Below, piece after piece: positions 51,668 to 60,802 of a DNA stretch of 64,000 bases. The stretch is from an uncultured Microbacterium sp. Its GTDB lineage: Bacteria > Actinomycetota > Actinomycetes > Actinomycetales > Microbacteriaceae. Position 1 is the stretch's first letter. Each line of letters opens with the position of its first letter. The stretch is from positions 83,183 through 147,182 of the forward strand of contig NZ_CAMFHZ010000006.1 in NCBI RefSeq assembly GCF_945952435.1, in the 5' to 3' direction. Made by a program: the position numbers and the translations under genes. A model generated the notes under the pieces. That model saw nothing but the letters and a program-made list of their open reading frames with translations, did no database searches and was not told the DNA's origin.

Positions 51668-52360
51668 TCAGCCGACGCTCTGCGCGTCGTCCTCGGAGGC
51701 GTCGACGATGCCGTCCTCCATCGCACGCCGCAGCAGATCCACCTTGGTCGGCGCGGGACGGCCGACCTCCACGTACTTCACCCGGATCCGGGTGATGTTC
51801 TCCTTCGCCGTGGAGTACGCCACGCCGAGCCGCTCCGCCACGACCTTGAGCGGAAGGCCGGTCGCGTACAGGCGCAGCACCTCGCGTTCGCGCACCGACA
51901 GCTGCGCGTCGGCGAAGGCGGTGTCGCCGTCGACGGCGTTCGCCCACTCCACGTTGTTGAGGGGCTCCCCGCTCGCGACCGTGCGGACCGCATCGATCAC
52001 GTCGTCGAGAGGGGCGGATTTCGAGATCACGCCCGCGGCACCGGCGGCGAGAGCCTCGCGCACCGCTGCGGGGCGGTCCGCGACGCTGTGGATCACGACA
52101 CTGGATCCGTCGGCGACGAGGCGCGTGACGTTCTCCGTGACGGTGCTGCCGTCGCCGAGCATGAGGTCGAGGACGACGACGTTGGCCGGCCGGGGAAGGC
52201 TCGCCCGGCGATGCTCCAGATACTGCGGCACCCCGGCGCCCGAGAAGACGACGTGGAAGGACGCCTGCTCGAGGGCAGCCGCGAGGCCCAATCGCACCGA
52301 CTCGTGGTCATCGACGAGAGCTACGCTGTTCACGGATTCACCATAGCCGGGAAAAGGCAT
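51668..52360 (-). CDS. NarL/LuxR-family response regulator
   Basis: Lies in ORF 51668..52597(-). Receiver (ALVDDHESVRLGL ... VVLDLMLGD) plus LuxR HTH (LSVREREVLRLYATGLPLKVVAERLGVAYSTAKENITRIRVK). The start is ATG 52360 or GTG 52333. Confidence 0.85.
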   Translation of the reverse strand: MPFPGYGESVNSVALVDDHESVRLGLAAALEQASFHVVFSGAGVPQYLEHRRASLPRPANVVVLDLMLGDGSTVTENVTRLVADGSSVVIHSVADRPAAVREALAAGAAGVISKSAPLDDVIDAVRTVASGEPLNNVEWANAVDGDTAFADAQLSVREREVLRLYATGLPLKVVAERLGVAYSTAKENITRIRVKYVEVGRPAPTKVDLLRRAMEDGIVDASEDDAQSVG

Positions 52361-52397
52361 CCGATCCGCCTCCGTGCGCGACAACCGCCACGCATCG

Positions 52398-53681
52398 TCA
52401 TCCGCGGCCGAACAGCACCACGGTCTCGAGGTGATGGGAGTGCGGGAAGAGGTCGAAGGCGCGCAATCGCTGCGGTTCGTACCCGAGGCCGCGGAACGTC
52501 GCCAGGTCTCTCGCGAGGGCGACGGGATCGCAGGCGACGTAGGCGATCGCGGCGGGATCCAGGGCGGCGACGTCCTCGACGACCGCGCGTCCCGCACCCG
52601 ATCGCGGCGGATCCAGGATCACCGCGCCGCCGGCGATCGCGGCCCGCTCCTCCCCCTCCTGGTCCCGGAGGAACCGATCCACCCGGGCCGTGACCGCGCG
52701 CGCCCCGAGGTCGCGGAGGTTCTCCGCGGCATGACGGGTCGCGCGCGGCGAGGACTCGACGGTCGTGATCCGGCGTGCGCCGAGCCGCGCAAGCGTGGCC
52801 GAGAAGAGGCCGACGCCGCCGTAGAGGTCCAGGTGCGCGGCGTCCGGGTCCACGCGTCCGTCGAGCACGTCGGCCACCGCGTCGTCGAGCAGCGTCGCCG
52901 CGGCCGGATGGATCTGCCAGAACCCGTTCGCATCGAGGGCGAAGTCGCGGCCGGCCACGCTCTCCCGGATGGTCTCGGGATCCGCACGGCGGGGTGTGGT
53001 CCGCCGCCGGCCGGATCCGGACCTCGCCGGATCGCGAGAGGCGCGCGCGGACTCGGGACGGAGCAGTCGCCGTACCTCCCCGTCCCCGGGCTCGACGAGC
53101 TCGATCCTTCCCTCCGGGAGTCCGTCCAGCCCCCGGGCGACGGCGGCGATCGCCGGACGGGCGAGCACGTGATCCGCGACGGGCACGACTCGGTGGCTGC
53201 GCGCGGCGAACGGCCCGATCCTGCCCTCCGCGTCGATGTGCAGCGTAACCCTGGTGCGCCAGTGCTCGTCCGCACCCGGCGCCTCGACCTCGGGCGCAAT
53301 GAGGCCGCCCCCGGCGAACCGGTCGAGCGCCTCCTGCAGCACGGTCCTCTTCAGGACGCGCTGCTCGGCGATGTCGATGTGCCCCAGGTCCGCGCCGCCG
53401 GGGCGCAGCGCGGGCGCGCGCGACACGTCCGCCTCGGCCCAGACGTGCGGACGACGATGGGGGGACGCGTCGAGCACCTCGACCGTCTCGGCCCGCCAGA
53501 ACGAACGCGTGTCCTCCCCGGTCTGCGGGTCGCTGAGCCGCGCCCGTACCCGCTCGCCGGGGATCGCGTCCGAGACGAACACGACGCGGCCCTCGTGGCG
53601 GGCGACGAAGACGCCGCCGTGCGCGACGCCCGTCACGTCCAGATCGAGCAGGGGGCCTTCGGCGGGGGACGAGGAGTTCAC
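52398..53681 (-). CDS. TRAM-domain class I SAM-dependent RNA (uracil-5) methyltransferase (RlmD/TrmA family)
   Basis: 427 aa, GTG start. N-terminal TRAM-like GVAHGGVFVARHEGRVVFV. SAM motif LDLYGGVGLFS. DPPRSGAG. Catalytic YVACDP. Confidence 0.8.
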   Translation of the reverse strand: MNSSSPAEGPLLDLDVTGVAHGGVFVARHEGRVVFVSDAIPGERVRARLSDPQTGEDTRSFWRAETVEVLDASPHRRPHVWAEADVSRAPALRPGGADLGHIDIAEQRVLKRTVLQEALDRFAGGGLIAPEVEAPGADEHWRTRVTLHIDAEGRIGPFAARSHRVVPVADHVLARPAIAAVARGLDGLPEGRIELVEPGDGEVRRLLRPESARASRDPARSGSGRRRTTPRRADPETIRESVAGRDFALDANGFWQIHPAAATLLDDAVADVLDGRVDPDAAHLDLYGGVGLFSATLARLGARRITTVESSPRATRHAAENLRDLGARAVTARVDRFLRDQEGEERAAIAGGAVILDPPRSGAGRAVVEDVAALDPAAIAYVACDPVALARDLATFRGLGYEPQRLRAFDLFPHSHHLETVVLFGRG

Positions 53682-53769
53682 CCCCCGATCATTCCAGAGT
53701 GCGCCGAGCGCCGGGAGGAGGCCGCTCCTCTCCTCCCCCTCGCGCCCGCGATCCGGCTAGCGTGGCCTC

Positions 53770-54426
53770 ATGCGCGTCTGCCTCGCCTCGACCTCGCCCG
53801 CCCGCCTCGCCCTGCTCCGGCAGAGCGGCATCGAGCCGCTGTGCGTGTCCCCCGACGTGGACGAGGACGCCGTGGGAGAGGCCGCCGCGGCTCGCGCAGG
53901 GCGGCCGCTCGCGCCCGACGAGCTCGTGCTGCTGCTCGGCCGCGCGAAGGCCGCCGACGTCGCAGCGAGGATCGAGCGGATCGAGCCGGGCTTCGACGGC
54001 ATCGTGATCGGCGGGGACTCGATGTTCGAGATCGACGGCGAGGTCTACGGCAAGCCGCACGAGCCGGAGCGGGCCATCGCCCGCTGGCGGGCGATGCGCG
54101 GACGCACGGGCGTGCTGCACTCCGGGCACAGCGTCATCCGCGTGACTCCCGGCGCCCCGGATCGGGAGGAGCACGCGGTCGCCGATGCCTCGGTCACCTT
54201 CTCCGCGGACGTCGACGACGCGGAGGTCGCCGCGTACGTCGCGACCGGTGAGCCCCTGCTCGTCGCCGGCGCCTTCACGGTGGACAGTCTCGGCGGCGCG
54301 TTCATCGAGCGCGTCGACGGGGATCCGTCCACGGTCGTGGGCATGTCGCTGTCAACGCTCCGCCACCTCGCCGGGCGCCTCGGGATCCGCTGGACCGACC
54401 TGTGGAACGCGGTCCCCGCCGAGTAG
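53770..54426 (+). CDS. maf: Maf-like nucleoside triphosphate pyrophosphatase
   Basis: 218 aa. LASTSPARLALL ... GGDSMF ... KP ... GAFTVD pattern. Confidence 0.85.
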   Translation: MRVCLASTSPARLALLRQSGIEPLCVSPDVDEDAVGEAAAARAGRPLAPDELVLLLGRAKAADVAARIERIEPGFDGIVIGGDSMFEIDGEVYGKPHEPERAIARWRAMRGRTGVLHSGHSVIRVTPGAPDREEHAVADASVTFSADVDDAEVAAYVATGEPLLVAGAFTVDSLGGAFIERVDGDPSTVVGMSLSTLRHLAGRLGIRWTDLWNAVPAE

Positions 54427-54532
54427 GCCCGACGTCCCGAGGGGTCTCTCGTAGGATCCGACAAGGATCGGCCGGTGATTCTTGTGGAGGGTCGTCAAAA
54501 GTATCGCCCCCCATGTGGATAGGCTGACACTC

Positions 54533-56302
54533 ATGCCTGCTATTGCCAAGGTTCTCGTCGCCAACCGTGGCGAGATCGCCGTCCGCATCATCCGCGCCGC
54601 GCGCGACTCCGGCCTCTCCTCCGTGGCGGTGTACGCGGACCAGGATCGGGACGCGATGCACACGAGGCTCGCCGACGAGGCCTACGCGCTGGACGGCGCG
54701 ACCAGCGCCGACACCTACCTGCAGATCGACAAGATCCTCTCGATCGCCCGCCGATCCGGCGCCGACGCGGTGCACCCCGGCTACGGCTTCCTCGCCGAGA
54801 ACGCCGACTTCGCACGCGCGGTCATCGGCGCTGGCCTGACCTGGATCGGCCCGTCTCCCGCGGCGATCGAGGCCCTGGGCGACAAGGTCACCGCACGGCA
54901 CGTGGCCGAGAAGGTCGGCGCGCCCCTGGCACCGGGAACCCCCGGTCCCGTCGAGACCGCCGACGAGGTGGTCGCCTTCGCGAAGGAGGTCGGCCTCCCG
55001 ATCGCGATCAAGGCGGCCTACGGCGGCGGCGGCCGCGGCCTCAAGGTCGCGCGCGAGCTCGACGAGGTCGCCGAGCAGTTCGAGTCCGCGACGCGCGAGG
55101 CCATCGCCGCCTTCGGACGCGGCGAGTGCTTCGTCGAGAAGTACCTCGACAAGCCGCGTCACGTCGAGACGCAGTGCCTCGCGGACGCCGAGGGCAACGT
55201 CGTCATCGTCTCCACCCGCGACTGCTCGCTGCAGCGTCGCCACCAGAAGCTCGTCGAGGAGGCTCCGGCGCCGTTCCTCACGGAGGAGCAGAACCGCGTT
55301 CTCTACGAGGCGTCCAAGGCGATCCTCAAGGAGGTCGGCTACGTCGGGGCCGGCACCTGCGAGTTCCTCATCGGGGCCGATGGCACGATCTCGTTCCTCG
55401 AGGTCAACACGCGACTGCAGGTCGAGCACCCGGTCTCCGAGGAGGTCACCGGGATCGACCTGGTCCGCGAGCAGTTCCGCATCGCCGCCGGCGGCACCCT
55501 CGACTACGACGACCCTGCGCCCCTGGGCCACTCGATCGAGTTCCGCATCAACGGCGAGGACCCCGGCCGCAACTTCCTCCCGCAGCCCGGCCCCGTGCAC
55601 GTGTTCAAGACGTTCGGCGGCCCGGGCGTGCGCCTGGACTCGGGCGTCACCGCGGGCGACGAGGTGTCCGGCGCCTTCGACTCGCTGCTCGCGAAGATCA
55701 TCGTGACGGGCAAGGATCGCGCCGAGGCGCTCGAGCGTTCGCGCCGCGCGCTCGAGGAGTTCGAGGTGTCGGGGCTGCCCACCGTGCTGCCCTTCCACCG
55801 CAAGGTCGTGAACGACCCGGCGTTCACCGCCGAGGACGGACGCTTCGGGGTCTACACCCGCTGGATCGAGACCGAGTTCGTCAACGACATCCCGGCCTGG
55901 GACGGAGAGCTCGAGGCCCCGTCCGCCGCGGCCGGCCGGCACACGGTCGTCGTCGAGGTCGCCGGAAAGCGTCTCGAGGTCAGCCTGCCCGACCGCGTGG
56001 CCGCATCGGTGGTCGGCACCGGGGGCCGCCCGGCCGCCGTGCCGTCGTCCCGACGCAGCCACGCCAAGACGGCGAACGCGGGCGCCTCCGGCGACGCGGT
56101 GAAGTCGCCGATGCAGGCCACCGTCGTCAAGGTCGCGGTCGAGGAGGGGCAGCAGGTCGTCAAGGGCGATCTGGTCGTCGTCCTCGAGGCGATGAAGATG
56201 GAGCAGCCGCTGCAGGCGCACAAGGACGGCGTCATCGGCAACATCAACGCCGACGCGGGTGCGACGGTCGCCGCCGGACACCAGCTCCTCACGATCAGCT
56301 GA
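54533..56302 (+). CDS. accA3: Acetyl/propionyl-CoA carboxylase alpha subunit (biotin carboxylase + BCCP)
   Basis: Lies in ORF 54482..56302(+), from [25 protein letters not shown]-grasp blocks. C-terminal biotinyl motif LEAMKME. Confidence 0.9.
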   Translation: MPAIAKVLVANRGEIAVRIIRAARDSGLSSVAVYADQDRDAMHTRLADEAYALDGATSADTYLQIDKILSIARRSGADAVHPGYGFLAENADFARAVIGAGLTWIGPSPAAIEALGDKVTARHVAEKVGAPLAPGTPGPVETADEVVAFAKEVGLPIAIKAAYGGGGRGLKVARELDEVAEQFESATREAIAAFGRGECFVEKYLDKPRHVETQCLADAEGNVVIVSTRDCSLQRRHQKLVEEAPAPFLTEEQNRVLYEASKAILKEVGYVGAGTCEFLIGADGTISFLEVNTRLQVEHPVSEEVTGIDLVREQFRIAAGGTLDYDDPAPLGHSIEFRINGEDPGRNFLPQPGPVHVFKTFGGPGVRLDSGVTAGDEVSGAFDSLLAKIIVTGKDRAEALERSRRALEEFEVSGLPTVLPFHRKVVNDPAFTAEDGRFGVYTRWIETEFVNDIPAWDGELEAPSAAAGRHTVVVEVAGKRLEVSLPDRVAASVVGTGGRPAAVPSSRRSHAKTANAGASGDAVKSPMQATVVKVAVEEGQQVVKGDLVVVLEAMKMEQPLQAHKDGVIGNINADAGATVAAGHQLLTIS

Positions 56303-56349
56303 CGCTCCGACTCCGGCCCCCGGTCCCCCGGACGCCCGAACCCCCGGAT

Positions 56350-56433
56350 CGCGTTTCCCTCCCCTCTGCGTCTTTCCCTCCCCTGCGCTGCGTAGCTGGG
56401 GGGAGGGAAAGGCGATCAGCAGAGGGAAACGCG
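56350..56433. terminator. Nested inverted repeats between convergent genes (probable bidirectional terminator)
   Basis: cgcgtttccctc (56350-56361) pairs with gagggaaacgcg (56422-56433). ctttccctcccc (56372-56383) pairs with ggggagggaaag (56400-56411). The direct repeat tttccctcccct occurs twice. Confidence 0.55.
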
Positions 56434-56458
56434 CGTGATCGCCGCGGGCGCGATCGTC

Positions 56459-57898
56459 TCAGCGGGCGATGTAGACCTGGTGCATCGCTCGCGTGGCGTC
56501 GGTGATGCTGCTCGTGATCGAGGGGTAGGCCGCGAAGACGCGCGACACCTGGTCGACGTTGAGCCGACGCTCGACGGCCAGGGCGAGGGGGTAGATGAGC
56601 TCGGACGCCTTCGGGGCGACGATGACCGCGCCGATCACGGTGCCGGATCCCTTGCGCGCGATGATCTTCACGAAGCCGTCGCGGATGCCCATCATCTTGG
56701 CGCGCGGGTTCGCGGCGAGCGGCAGCTTGTGCACCAGTCCGTCGATGACGCCGTCCTCGACGTCCTTCTCGCTCACTCCGATCGTGGCGATCTCCGGCGC
56801 GGTGAAGATGTTCGCGGTGATCTTCTGCTTCTCCAGCGGGATCACCACGTCGCCGAGAGCGTGGAAGACGGCCGTGCGCCCCTGCATCGAGGCCACCGAG
56901 GCGAGCGGGAAGAAGTTGGTGCAGTCGCCGACCGCGTAGATGTTCGAGACCGAGGTGCGGGCGACGCGGTTCACGCGGATGTGCCCGGATTCGGTCAGCT
57001 CGACGCCGACCTCCTCGAGCCCGATCCCCGCCGTGTTCGGGATCGAGCCGACCGCCATGAGGCAGTGGCTCCCCTCGACCGTGCGACCATCCGAGAGCGT
57101 CACCACGACGCCGTCCTCGGTGCGCTGCACGCTGTCGGCACGGGACTTCGACAGCACGGTCATGCCGCCGCGTTTGAAGACCTTCTCCAGCACCTTGGCC
57201 GCGTCCTGGTCCTCCCCGGGCAGCACCTGGTCGCGGCTCGAGATGAGCGTGACCTTGGCTCCGAGGTTCATGTACGCGGAGGCGAACTCGGCTCCGGTGA
57301 CGCCGGATCCGACGACGATGAGATGCTCGGGCAGCGTCTTCATGTTGTACAGCTGGGTCCACGTGAGGATGCGCTCGCCGTCCGGTTTGGCGGAGTCGAG
57401 CTCGCGCGGCGAGGCGCCGACCGCCACGATGAGCGTGTCCGCCTCGATCCGGTCGAAGTCCGTGCCGTCCGCCGACGTCGCCACGACGATCGCGTTCGGT
57501 CCGTCGAGCCGACCGTGGCCGGAGAGGATGGTCACGCCCGCATCGAGCAAAGTCGTGCGCATGTCCTCGGACTGGGCGCCGGCGAGCGCGAGCAGCCGCT
57601 TGTTCACCGCAGCGAGGTTGATCGCGATCTGGGGCTTGAGCGGCTTGCCCTCCGCACCCTTCGCGTAGAACTGCACGCCGAGGTCCGTGGCTTCGGAGAT
57701 CGCGACCGCGGCATCGGCCGTCGCGATGAGGCTCTTGGACGGGACGACGTCCGTGAGCACGGCGGAACCTCCGACGCCGACGCGCTCGACGAGGGTCACC
57801 TCGGCTCCGAGCTGGGCCGCCGCGAGGGCGGCCTCGTATCCACCGGGGCCGCCGCCGAGCACGGCGACGTGCTGAGAACGCTCGAACATCAAGGTCAT
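56459..57898 (-). CDS. lpdA: LpdA-like flavoprotein (pyridine nucleotide-disulfide oxidoreductase family) lacking the redox-active CxxxxC; probable NAD(P)H quinone reductase
   Basis: Lies in ORF 56459..57916(-), from MTLMFERSQ (ATG 57898, SD ggag). GGGPGGYEAA FAD motif. The disulfide position reads GGSAVLTDVVPSK. Synteny with the deoD-pmmB-like genes is as in mycobacteria. Confidence 0.8.
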   Translation of the reverse strand: MTLMFERSQHVAVLGGGPGGYEAALAAAQLGAEVTLVERVGVGGSAVLTDVVPSKSLIATADAAVAISEATDLGVQFYAKGAEGKPLKPQIAINLAAVNKRLLALAGAQSEDMRTTLLDAGVTILSGHGRLDGPNAIVVATSADGTDFDRIEADTLIVAVGASPRELDSAKPDGERILTWTQLYNMKTLPEHLIVVGSGVTGAEFASAYMNLGAKVTLISSRDQVLPGEDQDAAKVLEKVFKRGGMTVLSKSRADSVQRTEDGVVVTLSDGRTVEGSHCLMAVGSIPNTAGIGLEEVGVELTESGHIRVNRVARTSVSNIYAVGDCTNFFPLASVASMQGRTAVFHALGDVVIPLEKQKITANIFTAPEIATIGVSEKDVEDGVIDGLVHKLPLAANPRAKMMGIRDGFVKIIARKGSGTVIGAVIVAPKASELIYPLALAVERRLNVDQVSRVFAAYPSITSSITDATRAMHQVYIAR

Positions 57899-58005
57899 GC
57901 CTCCATTCTCCCGCATCCGCTCCCCCGCGCGTGCCGCTCCGGCCCCGCACGCTCATCCGCGCTCCGCCTCGCGGCGCTCCGATCCGGGGCCGTATCCTCG
58001 ATCTC

Positions 58006-58836
58006 ATGGCTGATCTGAACCACCCCCTCGACGACCCGAGCGCCGACCCCTTCGCCATCGCCGCCGAGGCCGCGAGCGACATCCGCCGGCTCACCGGCGT
58101 CGACCGCCACGACATCGCCGTCACGCTGGGATCCGGCTGGGGCAAGGCCGCCGAGCTGATCGGCGAGACCGTCGCCACGATCCCGGCGACCGAGGTCACC
58201 GGGTTCTCCAAGCCTGCCCTGGAAGGCCATGTCGGCACGCTGCGCAGCATCGTCACCCCGTCCGGCAAGAACGTCCTCGTGATCGGCGCGCGCACGCACT
58301 ACTACGAGGGTCACGGTGTGCGCCGCGTCGTGCACAGTGTGCGCACCGCGGCGGCGACGGGTGCGTCCACCATGGTCCTCACCAACGGCGCCGGCGGGGT
58401 CCGCGAGACCTGGACCCCCGGACAGCCCGTGCTCATCAGCGACCACATCAACCTCACCGCGGACTCGCCGCTCGAAGGGGCGACGTTCATCGACCTCACC
58501 GACCTCTACAGCGCGCGTCTGCGCGACCTCGCCCGCACGATCGACCCGTCCCTGGACGAGGGCGTCTACACCCAGTTCCGCGGCCCTCACTACGAGACCC
58601 CGGCCGAGGTGCAGATGGCCAAGCGCATCGGGGGCGACATCGTCGGCATGTCGACGGCGCTCGAGGCGATCGCCGCGCGCGAGGCCGGCATGGAGATCCT
58701 CGGGTTCTCGCTCATCACCAACCTGGCGGCCGGCATCCAGACCACGCCGCTGAGCCATGCCGAGGTGATCGAGGCGGGGCAGGCCGCCGAGCCCGTCATC
58801 TCCTCGCTGCTCGCCCGCGTGATCGGCGCGCTGTGA
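58006..58836 (+). CDS. punA: Purine nucleoside phosphorylase (trimeric PNP-I family)
   Basis: Lies in ORF 57931..58836(+), from MADLNHP. GSGWG, GHVGTL, YYEGH, LTNGAGG, GPHYETPAEV, GMSTALE. Confidence 0.9.
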   Translation: MADLNHPLDDPSADPFAIAAEAASDIRRLTGVDRHDIAVTLGSGWGKAAELIGETVATIPATEVTGFSKPALEGHVGTLRSIVTPSGKNVLVIGARTHYYEGHGVRRVVHSVRTAAATGASTMVLTNGAGGVRETWTPGQPVLISDHINLTADSPLEGATFIDLTDLYSARLRDLARTIDPSLDEGVYTQFRGPHYETPAEVQMAKRIGGDIVGMSTALEAIAAREAGMEILGFSLITNLAAGIQTTPLSHAEVIEAGQAAEPVISSLLARVIGAL

Positions 58837-60527
58837 GCGCGCGGGAGACCGCACGGCTCGCGGAGGCGCGGGCGTGGATGCGGCAGGATCCGGATCCGGA
58901 GACGCGCGACGAGCTCGCCGGCCTCATCACCCTCGCGGCGTCTGGGGACGAGGCCGCCGTCGCCGAGCTGGAGGACCGGTTCGGATCACGGCTCGCCTTC
59001 GGCACAGCGGGTCTCCGCGGCGCGCTGGCGGCCGGCTCCAACCGGATGAACCGGGTGCTCGTCGCGCAGGCCGCTGCCGGCTTCGCCGCCTACCTGCGGG
59101 AGAAGGCGGCACCGGACGCGACGCCCACGGTCGTCATCGGCTACGACGGGCGCAAGAACTCCCGGGTGTTCGCGCGCGACTCGGCCGAGATCTTCGCCGG
59201 GGCCGGGCTGCGTGCCGTCCTCCTTCCGCGACTGCTGCCCACCCCGGTCCTCGCGTTCGCCGTGCGGCACCTGGACGCGGACGCCGGCGTGATGGTGACC
59301 GCGAGTCACAACCCGCCCAACGACAACGGCTACAAGGTCTACCTGGGCGGCACGGATCAGGGTTCGCAGATCGTGTCCCCCGCCGATGCCGAGATCGCCG
59401 CGCACATCGAGCGGGTGGCCGCCGACTCCGACGCGCTGACCATCCCGCGCTCGACCGGGTACGAGACCGCGGGCGAGGACGTGGTCGACGCCTATGTCGC
59501 CGCGACCGCGACCGTCGCCCCCGCTCCCATCGGCGCCGCCGGTCTGCGCTGGGTCTACACCGCGATGCACGGCGTGGGATGGGAGACCCTCTCGCGGATC
59601 CTCGGCGACGCCGGGTACCCGGCACCGTGGACGGTCGGCGAGCAGCGCGACCCCGATCCGACCTTCCGCACCGTGTCGTTCCCGAACCCGGAGGAGCCGG
59701 GTGCGATGGACCTCGCCTTCGCGAAGGCCCGCACGCTCGGCGCGGAGCTCGTCATCGCGAACGACCCCGACGCCGACCGCCTCGCGGTGGGCATCCCCGA
59801 CGAGACCGCGGAAGGCGGCTGGCGGCGGCTCTCCGGCAACGAGGTCGGGATGCTGCTCGGCTGGCGCGCGGCCCGCGCCGCGACCGCCTCCGGCCCCGCG
59901 GCCCCCGGCACCTCGCTGGCGTGCTCTCTCGTGTCGTCGCCCGCGCTGGCCGCGATCACCCAACGCTACGGCCTCGACTTCCACGAGACGCTCACCGGCT
60001 TCAAATGGATCTCGCGTGCGCCAGGGATCGCGTTCGGCTACGAGGAGGCGCTCGGATATCTGGTCAACCCGGACACGGTGCGCGACAAGGACGGCATCTC
60101 CGCCGCCGTCGCACTTCTCGGCCTGGCCGCCGAGGCCCGCGGTCGGGAGGCGACGATCGCCGATCTGCTCGACGAGATCGCGGCCGAGATCGGGTTCTTC
60201 GCCAGCGGGCAGGTCTCGATCCGGGTGGACGATCTGACGGTGATCGGACGGATCATGTCCGCTCTACGGCAGGATCCGCCGACCGCGTTCGGCGAGGGCG
60301 CGGTCGTGTCGGCCGAGGACCTGCTCGCGGCCCCGGAGGGGGCGCCGACCGGCGACGTTCTCCGGTACCGCCTGGCCGACGGTTCGCGCGTGATCGTGCG
60401 CCCCAGCGGGACGGAGCCCAAGCTCAAGGTCTACATCGACGCCCGCGCCGATTCCGCACCGGCGGCGGCGCAGACCGTGGCGGACCTCGAGGACGCCGTG
60501 CGCGCGCTGCTCGCGGCGCGCGGCTGA
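58833..60527 (+). CDS. Phospho-sugar mutase (phosphomannomutase / phosphoglucomutase / phosphopentomutase-like, alpha-D-phosphohexomutase family)
   Basis: 564 aa. GTG overlaps the punA stop. Active-site TASHNPPNDNGYK, metal loop ANDPDADR, C-terminal RPSGTEPKLKVY. Confidence 0.9.
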   Translation: MSARETARLAEARAWMRQDPDPETRDELAGLITLAASGDEAAVAELEDRFGSRLAFGTAGLRGALAAGSNRMNRVLVAQAAAGFAAYLREKAAPDATPTVVIGYDGRKNSRVFARDSAEIFAGAGLRAVLLPRLLPTPVLAFAVRHLDADAGVMVTASHNPPNDNGYKVYLGGTDQGSQIVSPADAEIAAHIERVAADSDALTIPRSTGYETAGEDVVDAYVAATATVAPAPIGAAGLRWVYTAMHGVGWETLSRILGDAGYPAPWTVGEQRDPDPTFRTVSFPNPEEPGAMDLAFAKARTLGAELVIANDPDADRLAVGIPDETAEGGWRRLSGNEVGMLLGWRAARAATASGPAAPGTSLACSLVSSPALAAITQRYGLDFHETLTGFKWISRAPGIAFGYEEALGYLVNPDTVRDKDGISAAVALLGLAAEARGREATIADLLDEIAAEIGFFASGQVSIRVDDLTVIGRIMSALRQDPPTAFGEGAVVSAEDLLAAPEGAPTGDVLRYRLADGSRVIVRPSGTEPKLKVYIDARADSAPAAAQTVADLEDAVRALLAARG

Positions 60528-60534
60528 GCCGCCG

Positions 60535-60789
60535 ATGGCGAACCGCACCGTCGTGATCCGCGTCGCGGGAGGCGCCCACGCGCGTCCCGTCGCGGAGCTC
60601 GTCCGCCTCGCGATGGCCCACGACGGTGCGGTGGAGCTCACGACGTCCACCGGACGGCGGGTGGACCTCGGCAGCGTGCTCGCGGTGATGGACCTCGCGC
60701 TCCTGGCGGGCGACGAGGTCGAGCTCTCCGCGGACGGAACGGATCCGGAAGCGGTCCTCGACGCGCTCGAGCGCGTGCTCGCCGGCTGA
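60535..60789 (+). CDS. HPr-family phosphocarrier-like protein (orphan, second copy)
   Basis: 84 aa. VAGGAHARPVAELV (His-15 region) and GSVLAVMDL (Ser-46 region). It starts 7 nt after the mutase stop. Confidence 0.75.
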   Translation: MANRTVVIRVAGGAHARPVAELVRLAMAHDGAVELTTSTGRRVDLGSVLAVMDLALLAGDEVELSADGTDPEAVLDALERVLAG

Positions 60790-60802
60790 CGGGACCCGGC
60801 GC

